Source of the DNA: Mytilus trossulus
Lineage: Eukaryota
Assembly: GCF_036588685.1 (NCBI RefSeq)
Contig: NC_086382.1
Coordinates: 21,576,001-21,640,000 of the forward strand
Direction of reading: 5' to 3'
DNA: 64,000 nucleotides
Made by a program: the position numbers and the translations under genes. Shown here one piece after another: positions 1 through 10,057 of this stretch. Numbering within the stretch: position 1 is the stretch's first letter; each line of letters opens with the position of its first letter. The notes beneath the pieces are model-generated. The model was given only the letters and a program-made list of their open reading frames with translations. It did no database searches and was not told the DNA's origin.

Positions 1-715
1 AGGCTTGGTACTCTCTAATGATTACATTTACAAAAAAGGACGTGACATGCTTCCACCAAATTCTGGGTCGTTCATTTTTTGCTCAGACACTGAAGACATT
101 TTACACATTATTATGAGCAGCAGTAGTCAAAGTTCACAAAAGTCTTACGACTGAAGTTGATTGTAATTATGACACAATTAAGGTCAATTCTACAAGTTTA
201 CGATCAACCCCAGTCAGAAGATTTCTGTGAAACTCATTCCTGTATATAAGGCAGTTGAAGCTGTAACTGTTGTGTCTGTTATCTCTAGTTGAGGACTTTT
301 AATAGGCACCTTTAAGAAAAGTTTGTAGTGGTAATGAAAGATCATCTTCAATAAACCTCTGTGTAACAGTAAATGATATCATGACCATTCAGCCATATGT
401 TTTAAAACATCTAGGGATTTATAATTGAAAGACAGTTTATTAACTTTCCTCATTTAGTGTTGATTGAAAAATAGATATAGTGGCATTCTTATTCATTATT
501 TCCCAACCTGTTTGGCAAAATTAAACCAAGAAAAAATAATGTTTAAGGTTTTTTTTCTATGAATGATTCTCATTTGATTTTGATAAGAATAAAGTAGGGC
601 TGCCGTATACAACCTTTGAGTTTGACTGTTCCTCTGGTATATTTCGCTCCTCTTTGATTATCTGTAGGACCATTTCCTATAATTTATTTGAACAAATTCT
701 TTGTTTATTTCTCAG

Positions 716-1045
716 GAATACAAGGCGAACCAAACTGGATAGTTCAAGGAAAAGTGACAGGTTATGGGGACAACTTGACACTATTCTGTTCCGTTGATGA
801 CTGCTGCGTAAAACCAGCAGGATGGATTAAATTTGATCCTGATTATGAAACAATATATTTAGATGTAAGAGATTCTAGAAGTAGTGCTTCTACAAAAGAC
901 AAGTATTCTGCAACAACAAAAAGTACAGGATTTAGTTTAGTTATCAAAAGTCTGCAAATAAAGGATTTAAACATAGTTTATGCCTGTTTGTATGGTTTTG
1001 AAAGAAGCAGGGAAAAGCTACTACATCCTTCGGATGTTTTCAAAG
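716..1045 (+). CDS. Internal exon encoding a V-like immunoglobulin domain (Ig-TM-ankyrin gene, first exon in window)
   Basis: Acceptor tttatttctcag at 715 and donor AAG/gtaaat at 1046; 330 bp, phase 1-1 as is typical of Ig exons. Translation has LTLFC (B strand), AGWIK (C-strand Trp) and FSLVIKSL..KDL...YAC (E/F strands). Confidence 0.85.
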
Positions 1046-1586
1046 GTAAATTAGGTACAAGATGCAGTAAGGGCCTTAATCAGTATATTTGTTTGTTTTA
1101 TTTTTGATATTTTAGCACAAACATATAGTTGTTTTTTAACCTACAAATATGGAACTAAAAAATATATTCTTATGCTGAGGCGGCTAAACGCAAACACCGA
1201 TCAAAGATATCTTATGAAAATATAGTTTGGTACTTCATGTCCTAGCATATCATGTTCATAATAAAACAGTGAACTTGACTTTTAAAAATCGCCAAAACGG
1301 GTTTTTTTACTGACAAGGGACCTGAGGCAATATATAAACGTGACTTTGTGACCTAAGCGGAGCATAATATTAATAATATATAGTCTATAAGAATCTACCA
1401 ACCAGTAAACTTAATAGGTATTGGATCATCAAAATTGACAATACTACACAAACAGGAAAAATTATATGAGTCTAAAAGATTGTGTAACAATACCGATAAA
1501 TAGATGGAAAACAAAACACTAAAAAGTATTGAATATCATCGCACAAAGATGGAAAAACTGAACAGATGATGTAAATTATACAATAA

Positions 1587-1628
1587 TTGCAAATATTTCG
1601 GCTCAACAAATGGCCTTCTTCGGTGCAA
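1587..1628 (-). ncRNA. Minimal type I hammerhead ribozyme in PLE pLTR (variant core; mirrored copy at 2331-2372, + strand)
   Basis: UUGCA-CCGAAGA-AGGCCAUUUGUUGAGCC-GAAA-UAUU-UGCAA; the core is CCGAAGA instead of CUGANGA. Confidence 0.6.
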
Positions 1629-1764
1629 AAGTTTTAACAATACTGATATATAATGTATAAGGTGTAAACATAGATCAGTAATAATACAGGTAAGTTTTGG
1701 TCGATTGATTTTAATCCAAAATCCTGAATATAATAATATTAACACGTCTAAACTGTAAATTTAA

Positions 1765-2230
1765 TTATTTCTTTCTATTGATTCCGTCTGGATGGAGGAC
1801 ACCCAGTGTTTTTATACAAAACTTCTCCCGATTCTCTCTTTGCCTATTTTGCCATGTACAATCCTGTTCGATCACAAGGATCTTTATGTGATCAAAATCT
1901 TTCAGATTGTGATCTGGTAACCTGAAGTGTTGGCTGACCGGAATATACGGTTTTTTTGTGAGGTCACTCCTGTGGCCATTAAGGCGTTTGTGAAATGGCT
2001 GCATAGATTCACCAACATATTGGAGACCACATCTAGGACACTCAAGAACGTAAATCACGTTTGAGCTTTTGCAGTTGACATTGCAGAAGATCTTGTATGT
2101 TTTTCTGTAGTCTTACTGTGAAATGTTGATGAATGCTGCAATTGGTTGCAACTTTTGCAGCGCTTATCCCAACAAGGCTGGCAATTACCTACAGTGTGGT
2201 TAGGTTTGGAAAGGTCAGCACGGACAAGTA
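1765..2230 (-). pseudogene. PLE GIY-YIG endonuclease relic
   Basis: ORF 1765-2058 plus the frameshifted upstream Cys-rich linker. Confidence 0.85.
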
Positions 2231-3102
2231 TTGGTGAATTTGGATTAAAATCAATCGACCAAAACTTACCTGTATTATTACTGGTCTATGTTTACACCTT
2301 ATACATTATATATCAGTATTGTTAAAACTTTTGCACCGAAGAAGGCCATTTGTTGAGCCGAATTATTTGCAATTATTGAATAATTTATATCATCTGTTCA
2401 GTTTTTCCATCTTTGTGCGATGATATTCAACACTTTTTAGTGTTTTGTTTTCCATCTATTTATCGGTATTGTTACACAATCTTTTAGACTCATATATATA
2501 CTAAAGAAATATTGACACCGAATGTTTGTGGCACAACATCCTGTCCACAAGTTAACAATTTTTTTTTTCTGTGACGTATTAAATTTATAATAAGATCCAT
2601 TTTGTTACAACCTGTGATCAATTTTATTTGGCAATCGCCAATGGCAGTCAGCAGGGTTAAAGAACATCAGTTGTTCGACCTGTTAGTCAAATGCGTTTTG
2701 TTTAAATATACTTTTTCACTCTTTTTTGGTCTTTTGGAAAATGTTGTTTGTGCTGTTTTTAGACCCTTTTACAACGAAATTTGTTGGACATGCACACGTA
2801 TAAAAATTGTGGTTTTTATCCAACGCAGTCATAGGTTTGAACGTAGTTTTCAATTTAGACTCGTTTATATATATATATAAGTACGTCTGAGTCAGTGACA
2901 ACTCTACAACAGATTTATCCATCGGATCACCAGCAAAGATGGTGATACATGGCTGTGTACATAATGTATATACAACTCGTCTAAACAGCAACCCAACAAT
3001 GTTAGATCTGTAAATTTGCTTTCGCAAATTTTTTGTTCTTCCATCGCTGGGATTCGAACCAATTTACAGATCTAACATTGTTGGGTTGATGTTTAGACGA
3101 GT

Positions 3103-3136
<34 letters not shown>

Positions 3137-3274
3137 TACGTCTGAGTCAGTGACAACTCAACAACAGATTTATCCATCGGATCACCAGCAATGTGTACAT
3201 TATGTATATACAACTTAATCTGTAACAATAACATCTCCATGCCTTATATATCATGTACTGTAGTTCGCCGCTAG

Positions 3275-3327
3275 ATTAAAACTGACGAGGAAAGGTAAAT
3301 CACGGCCACCGAAAGCTTTATTTTAGT
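3275..3327 (+). ncRNA. Candidate minimal type I hammerhead ribozyme upstream of the tRNA-like head
   Basis: AUUAAAA-CUGACGA-GG..CC-GAAA-GCUU-UA-UUUUAGU, with palindromic AAAGCUUU; stem II is weak. Confidence 0.5.
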
Positions 3328-3330
3328 GAA

Positions 3331-3424
3331 GCCCAGGTGGTCGTGTGGTCTAGCGGGACGGCTACAGTGCCGGCGATTTGGTGTCACGATATCTCAGTAG
3401 CATGGGTTCGAATCCCGGCGAGGG
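3331..3424 (+). ncRNA. tRNA-derived Pol III promoter (SINE-like head), not a functional tRNA
   Basis: GCCCAGG TGGTCGTGTGGTCTAG (A box) ... GGTTCGAATCCC (B box); poor acceptor stem. Further copies at 43877-43971 (+) and ~45584-45678 (-). Confidence 0.7.
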
Positions 3425-3743
3425 AAGACAAAAAAAAAAAAAAATTGCGAAAGCAAATTTACAGATCTAACATTGTTGAGTTGTATATATATATATAAGT
3501 AAATATATAAACGAGTCAAAGTTGAAAACTACGTTCAAACCTATGATTGCGTTGGATAAAAACCGCAATCTTTTAACAACTGATGTTCTTTAACCCTGCT
3601 GACTGCCATTGGCGATTGCCAAATAAAATTGATCACAAGATGTAACAAAATGGATCTTAATATAAATTTAATACTTAACAGAAAACAATTAACTTGTGGC
3701 CACGATGTTATGCCACAAACATAAGGTGTTAATATTTTTTTGT

Positions 3744-3787
3744 ACACCAGATCCGGATTTCGACAAAAAATGTCTCTTCAGTGATGT
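3744..3787 (-). ncRNA. Type I hammerhead ribozyme (module A)
   Basis: ACAUCA-CUGAAGA-GACA UUUUU UGUC-GAAA-UCCGGA-UC-UGGUGU. Confidence 0.85.
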
Positions 3788-4448
3788 TAGGGATCGAAAC
3801 GATATTTGGAAGGCCATATTAAATGTACCCTCATTTTTAGGTAGACTCTTGAATTATAAGAGTCATATATATTTATATACTCAGTTAATGTATACACTGA
3901 TTGTATATATAGGGAACCACTGAAGCATGACTTGAGCGACCCCCCCCCCCCCCCTTAGGTCAGTCAACGCACCCTCCCCTTATGTAAATGTCTTGATCCG
4001 CCAGTGGGGAGGACCCTACTGACATCAAAATCTCTATATTCCTGATACATGTATTTATTTAATTTTAAATCTAAAAAGTTATCATCAACAAAATTCATCA
4101 AAGGAAAACTTTGACTGAGGGAGATGCAACCCTATAAAATAAGAACAATTGAATTATTAATGAAACAGACATTCCAGACAGAATGAGGAATTTTCGTTTT
4201 GCTTGTTTCGAACATACGGAATGATTGGCTATCAGTTTGATGGTATCCTATGAAGCTAGAAGTTTTCTATCAGTGGCAATGATTCAGTAATTTTATAAAT
4301 ATTGAATGATATGAGGAAAACGTTCTAAATGACATTAAACAATTTATAATAAAAAATCAAAGTCAAAAGTCTTTTAATTCATCTTCCTGTTAACGTGCAG
4401 AAGTTTTGTCAGTTTTGTTTCACTCTTCCAGACCCGACGTCTCCGTTA

Positions 4449-5356
4449 AGCCTCGGTCACACCTTACCGGATAGCACGAACGGACGCCCTACGGATGGAA
4501 ATAAAAGTTGTCCGTTGACGAAATTATTATCCGTTGGGAGTCCGTTGATGTACTGACCGAATAAAACGGACGTGTAACGAATGCAGCCATAACGGACACA
4601 CACCGGATATGCAATGTACGAGTAACGGAAACGTACCGGACAGAACGGATGTCGAAAGTACATCCAACGGACGAGTACCGTATAAAACGGACACCTAAGA
4701 GAAGCGTATCGTATAAAACGGACGAACAAGATATACGAAAAAATTAAAGGCGACAATAATACATGTAAATCGCATTAATATTCAAAATGTTTCTGTGTAA
4801 CTGGTTTTGGTTTGTTCTTCAAAATACCGCCAAAGGGCAGTGTCTGGCCTGAAATAGATCTGCTTGATAGTGAAGACGTGCCTTTACTCTAAGATCGATT
4901 ATGAATAATAAGATTTCTGACGCAAAATTTTCAATTGGCATTTATCCGTTTCAGATCCGTTCATCATCCGTTTTATCCGTTATACGTCCGGTAAAAGTCC
5001 GTTTTTCATTCGTTCAACATCCGTTTTATCCGTCCGTAGAAAACCGTTGGTGAATTTATCTTCCAGACCTCCAACCGATGTATAACGGACACGTAACGGA
5101 AACAAAACGAAAACGAAACGGACGAGTACCGCACAACACGGACGTTCAACGGACATTTTATCCGTTGGACGTCCGTTCAAAGTTTTGAACATGCTCAAAA
5201 ATTTTCTACCGGACAGGACGGACGTCGACGGATAAAACGTACGCTTAACCGTACGCTTAATGGATACGTACGGACGTCTAACGGACATGAACGGATTGAA
5301 AAAAAGTTATCCGTTAGGCGTTCGTTAGAGCTATCCGGTAAGGTGTGACCGAGGCT
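4449..5356. mobile_element. Non-autonomous PIF/Harbinger-type MITE
   Basis: 27-bp perfect TIR AGCCTCGGTCACACCTTACCGGATAGC, TTA target-site duplication (TSD) on both sides, and many internal AACGGA/TCCGTT motifs. Confidence 0.9.
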
Positions 5357-6292
5357 TTAACATGGTTAAGCAATGAAAATAAAATTAAGGTAGATTGAGC
5401 CTAGTGCATGTTTTTTTTTCATTCGATTTAATAGCAGAAAAAAATGTTCGTTTTATGTTATGGCGATGTCTGCGTTGTCGTCTGAAGACATTTTGGTTTC
5501 TAGACAATAACTTGAGTATAAATATGCGAATCTCTATGAATTTGAAGTACAAGGTTCCATACCACAATAGGTTTTTTTGGTTTATAATAATTGTGTTAGC
5601 TGTTAATGAATTAGTTTGTATCGTTATTCGCCGGGAGAAAAGCTGTAGTAAAAATACTACTCAATGCACAACAAAGTTGTGATAACACATGAAGGAAAAC
5701 AAAATGAAGGGTCGAATGACATCCTCGGTTTTTTGAAAAATATAAAGCTTATGATATAAATAGGTGACTTACCTTGTGAATGTATAGCAATTTTTGATTG
5801 TTTATTACTTCTACTGCATACTCGGAAGTCGGTTAAACGCACTTGTTTTCATATTATTTGTGTATGATTTAGTTGGATTGGTGACAGTGTTATAGAATGT
5901 TTCGTCTTAAATGATAATACGATCAACTCTTTGGATTTGCATTGCTAGCCACCTGATTATCTGCCAAATGCCAAAAGCTACGGGGCAACGTCACATTTCA
6001 TCCTTCACTGTCAATACATATGAAAAACATAACCTTTCGAGTTTTGAGGCCTAAATATTCGCTAGACATTTCTGGTCGTCCGATAAATAATAGATGATCT
6101 CAAGACCTAAATGCGACAATATTCAGTTCTACTATGACAACAAATGTCAACAAATGTCTCACCTGCTTTACTTACCACTGATTTTATGTAAATAGTTTTA
6201 AATGTTAAGCTGTTCTATATCTATCACAAGAATTTAACATGATCCAAGAAAAAGATTTCAAGGACACAAAAACCAAACTGGAATTATAATAT

Positions 6293-7630
6293 ATATGTAA
6301 CAGGCATTTTCTAAATTTAGGCATTTTCTAAAATGTCTGAAAATTTTAGGCATTCTCTAAAATGCCTGCAAGATTCAGTCATTATACATAATGACTAATT
6401 TTTCTAGGCATTTTACAAAATGCCTGATAAAATTGAAAGGCATTTTACAAAATACCTGAAATTATTTTAAAGAATAAAATATTTAAAATAAAAACAATTG
6501 AAATCATTGAACACTGGAACAGTATTATTTATGATACTTATTACTGAATTAAAAATTAAGAAATTAAATCAAGAATAAATTTTACTGAATTACCCCCCAA
6601 AAAACTCGACAATTATTTATCATTTCTCAAAATGTTTGAATTAAAGATCTGTTACACAATATATGTCCTGAACTTGTGTAAATACATAACTGTTTGGCAT
6701 AACTGGTTTTAGCACTTCAACCATATTTTGAGAAACCGGAATCATCACACATTTAGCTCTAAGGCTTTCATTACCTTGACTGACAAATAACTTAACGTTC
6801 TACAGCATTTTGTTTCACAATAAGCAATTGTCAATTGACCCCTTATGGAGTTATTGCCCTGTTAGTAAAATGCAATACTGTCTTCACGTTAAGAACTTTT
6901 TATTTTTATTTATGGTTGTTCTGCAGGTGGAATTTTCTGTCCCTGTCTAAAATACCTTCATTTCAATTGCAAGCGACAGTTGAAATGTCGGTACTTTATC
7001 CGGGTCAATCCCCTACAGGAATAACCGATATGAATTATAACCAAATTGTTCACGTCTAAAAAATGCATGACATATTCGCTACTGAAAGCAGCAAACAAAA
7101 CACAACCAGTCAATTAAAAAAATCTGTTTCTCTGCTTCATATGTTTCATTTGAATTTACTGTTTTGAACCCAGAATTTCTAAAATTTCTATTGTAAATTT
7201 TGTTATATATTGACAGAACAATTTGTCCTTCTGCCATTTTGACAAAATAATCTCAAATTCTCTATTTGTATCTGAAATGCAGAGAAGGTACTTTATGTAG
7301 TTTCACTTAAAAGTACACATCATATGACATACAAACCTTCACAGCTGGTTTTTGGAAAATAAAATTAGTTCTACCGAACCATTATATATATTTTCTTTAC
7401 AAGCTATTGTGTTTTGTCCTCTTTTGTCAATGGTAACTGTCTCTACAAATTGCCTGAAACTGAACAGGCAATTTGTTGAATTTTGCTTCAAAATTTCAGT
7501 CATTTTACAAAATGACTAGGTATTTTTAGTCATTTCGTATAATGCCTGTCAAGGTTAGGCATTTTATAAATTGCCTGAAAATTCAGTCATTTTACAAAAT
7601 GCCTAAATTTAGAAAATGCCTGTAACATAT
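6293..7630. mobile_element. Foldback-like MITE
   Basis: ~35-bp TIR TATGTAACAGGCATTTTCTAAATTTAGGCATTTT (one mismatch), with AGGCATTTT/AAAATGCCT subterminal arrays at both ends. Confidence 0.8.
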
Positions 7631-7684
7631 ACACCATTAGATACTAGTACACCATATACGCTTCAAATATTTAAAGAACCTTTG

Positions 7685-7875
7685 AGGCATAGATTACTTT
7701 AGCTGAATTTGGCGACACTTTTAGGAATGTTGGTCGTCTATGCTCTTCAACTTCGTACTTTATTTGGCCTTTTTAACTTTTTTGGATTCGAGCGTCACTG
7801 ATGAGTCTTTAGTAGACGAAACGCGCGTCTGGCGTATATAAAATATTTAGTCCTGGTATCTATGATGAGTTTATT
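7685..7875 (+). mobile_element. Retrozyme-like repeat fragment
   Basis: Homologous to 38588-38731 and 28388-28570; contains an HHR. Confidence 0.75.
7792..7835 (+). ncRNA. Type I hammerhead ribozyme
   Basis: GCGUCA-CUGAUGA-GUCU UUAGU AGAC-GAAA-CGCGCG-UC-UGGCGU. Confidence 0.88.
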
Positions 7876-7894
7876 TGCACATCGAAGACAAACT

Positions 7895-8800
7895 TAACCA
7901 TGAAAACTTAACATTGATCAATGAACCCTGAAAATGAGGCCAAGGTGAATTTGAACCATGCAAGACTGACATATATGCCTTACAATCAGAAAGTGCTTTC
8001 AATAAAGTTGACAAATTACATTAAGTATCTAAGAAAAACACTAAACGGAAAAATTAAAGATTGAGCAATGAACCTTGAAAATGAGGTCATGGTCAGATGA
8101 TAATTTCAAGACATTGAAGACTCATTGGTGGCCTTCGGCTGCTGTCTGTTCTATGGTCGGGTTGTTGTCGCTTTGACACATTCCCCATTTCCTTTTTCAA
8201 TTTAATATTCACCTTACAATCGTTCCATACACCAAATGTAGTTGACCGTTTGCTATTAATGTAAGAAAAACAGACAAAATCCAAAATAAATCAATATTGA
8301 GCGTCGAAATGAGGTTAACGTCATATAAAACATATCAGACTGACATGTATATCTAAAAATAATCTCAAACACCAAACATACTAATAGTTGATATATTGCT
8401 TGATCTCTTGCATACACTTTAAGAACACTAAGAAGAACAGGCAAACACTTTTAACTTTAACCGCTGAACCATAAAAATGAAGAGAAGGTCAGCCGACACC
8501 TGCCGGATAAACATGTACAACTCACAAGTCAATCAATCCATACACCAAATAAAGTAGACCTATTGCTTCTAGCTAGTATATGAGATACGGACGAAAACTG
8601 TCTGACGGGTATGAGGATCTTGCAAGGAATTCACGTACCAAATATAGTTATCATATAACTCATTATAAGAGAGAAATTGAGAATTCTAAAAAATCATTAC
8701 CCAATTTTATCAAGTAGTCACTGAACCATGAAAATGAAGAAAAGGTCAAAGACAGACGAACTTCATAACATAAGACATATATGTATGAAGAATCCAGGTA
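7895..8800 (-). repeat. Degenerate ~150-bp repeat array (HINE-type internal repeat)
   Basis: Recurrent AAAATGAGGTCAAGGTCA-like motif; reverse complement of the array at 21715-22170. Confidence 0.55.
8110..8203 (+). repeat. Abundant interspersed repeat (also ~21330-21553 and ~22732-22855)
   Basis: Shared CATTGAAGAC..TTGGTGGCCTTCGGCTG..GACACATTCCCCATTTCC..CAATTT. Confidence 0.7.
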
Positions 8801-8899
8801 TTCTACCTTCTGAAATATTAACCTCTTATCATAAAGTGGTTGATAGAAATAAAAGACGTCTTGACTATTTGATAGATGTATTAGAAAAGCATAGTATAA

Positions 8900-9190
8900 A
8901 TGTTTGCACCTGTCCTAAGTCAGGAATCTGATGTACAGTAGTTGTCGTTTGTTTAAGTAATATATTCGTGTTTCTCGTTTCTCGTTTTGTTTATATAGAT
9001 TAGACCGTTGGTTTTCCCGTTTGAATGGTTTTACACTAGTAATTTTGGGGCCCTTTATAGCTTGTTGTTCGGTGTGAGCCAAGGCTCCGTGTTGAAGGCC
9101 GTACTTTAACCTATAATGGTTTAATTTTTAAATTGTTATTTGGATGGAGAGTTGTCTCATTGGCACTCACACCACATCTTCCTATATCTA
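8900..9190 (+). repeat. Interspersed repeat (second copy ~36530-36770)
   Basis: Shared TGTTTGCACCTGT.CTAAGTCAGGAATCTGATG..TTAGACCGTTG..TTTGAATGGTTTTACAC; it truncates the outer BEL LTR. Confidence 0.7.
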
Positions 9191-9865
9191 TAACACGTCA
9201 GGGAGACGTGACGTTACATAAAGCGCGGTAAATAGTAAACGTCGAGTGTGCGGTATTTACGATATACTTGGGGCCGCACAAAAGTGAAATTAACAAAAAA
9301 CATTGAATTTAACTATTAAGAAAATAAAATATCTAAAAACTTTAAGCATTTCTCAAATGAGTTAATGTCCATGGAACTAAATTGAATCTCGCTATTAACA
9401 CATTTAAAGTCTTTTTATAATTCACTTAGTCCATTTCTTTATCTTCTCCATGGCAACCATTTTGGCTTTGCGACATGTTTTAATTGAACAGTCTGTATTA
9501 TCATCATCGCTATTCAAACTAACTTCAAGTGGGTACAGTTTTGTGATTGGACGCGATGTTAGTCCATTTTTGGTCCGTATGACGGCAGATCTTGCTAGTC
9601 CGTCTTCTCCTACATTGAGTTTTTCGACAACGGCTAGTGTCCATTTGATCCTCGGCGAATCTTCATAGATTTGTACCACGTCTCCAATGGTGATCAGCTG
9701 TCCTGTATTGCGATGATATTCTCTTAGAGCTGTTAAATATTCGTGTTTCCATTTATACAAAAAATTTGAATAATCTGTGATTTCATCTTAAACAGTTTAT
9801 TCGAAGATTTATGTGTCATATCATTTAGTGAATGTTCCAATTCCTGATTCGTAGGGTAAGGTAGT

Positions 9866-10038
9866 TGTTCAGGACTGTGTTCATTAGACGTTCGCGGTAC
9901 CGCTATGTATGTATTGTAACGTCATGCGACTTATGACGTTGAGATTTATGGGCAAATGGAGTTTAGAATCAATACAAGTAGAAACAGCTAGTATTTCTTA
10001 TTTGTGCCTAACAAGTCTGATAATACCACTCTAAGATA
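9866..10038 (+). repeat. 5' LTR of the inner BEL element
   Basis: TGTTCAGG...CTAAGATA, followed by the PBS. Confidence 0.95.
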
Positions 10039-10057
10039 TTGGTGCCGTAGGACCAAG

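Larger units (their letters stand above)
1463..2497 (-). mobile_element. 5'-truncated Penelope-like element (Cys-rich linker plus GIY-YIG endonuclease) with inverted pLTR
   Basis: Minus strand reads CQPCWDKRCKSC, then after a frameshift NCKSSNVIYVLECPRCGLQYVGES..KRLNGHRSD..ENREKF..PDGIN. Segments ~1463-1721 and ~2238-2497 are ~260-bp inverted repeats. Confidence 0.85.
2500..3880. mobile_element. Cluster of (TA)n-flanked non-autonomous elements (module A carrying an HHR; module B carrying an HHR candidate and a tRNA-like head)
   Basis: Blocks homologous to 43730-45720 and 23297-23455, in both orientations, joined at (TA)n tracts near 2870, 3105-3132 and 3485. Confidence 0.75.

Noticed and set aside
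1-700. Promoter or signal-peptide exon of the Ig gene (TATATAAG near 244)
   Set aside because: No ATG-initiated hydrophobic exon with a phase-1 donor was found; the leader is probably upstream of the window.
1765-2230. Selenocysteine recoding as reported for some Naiad PLEs
   Set aside because: No in-frame TGA at Cys positions and no recognisable SECIS in the portion examined.
3331-3424. Functional tRNA gene
   Set aside because: A and B boxes are present, but the acceptor and anticodon stems do not pair properly and copies are embedded in a repeat.
4457-5288. ORFs within the Harbinger MITE
   Set aside because: Low-complexity products of ACGG repeats with no transposase motifs.
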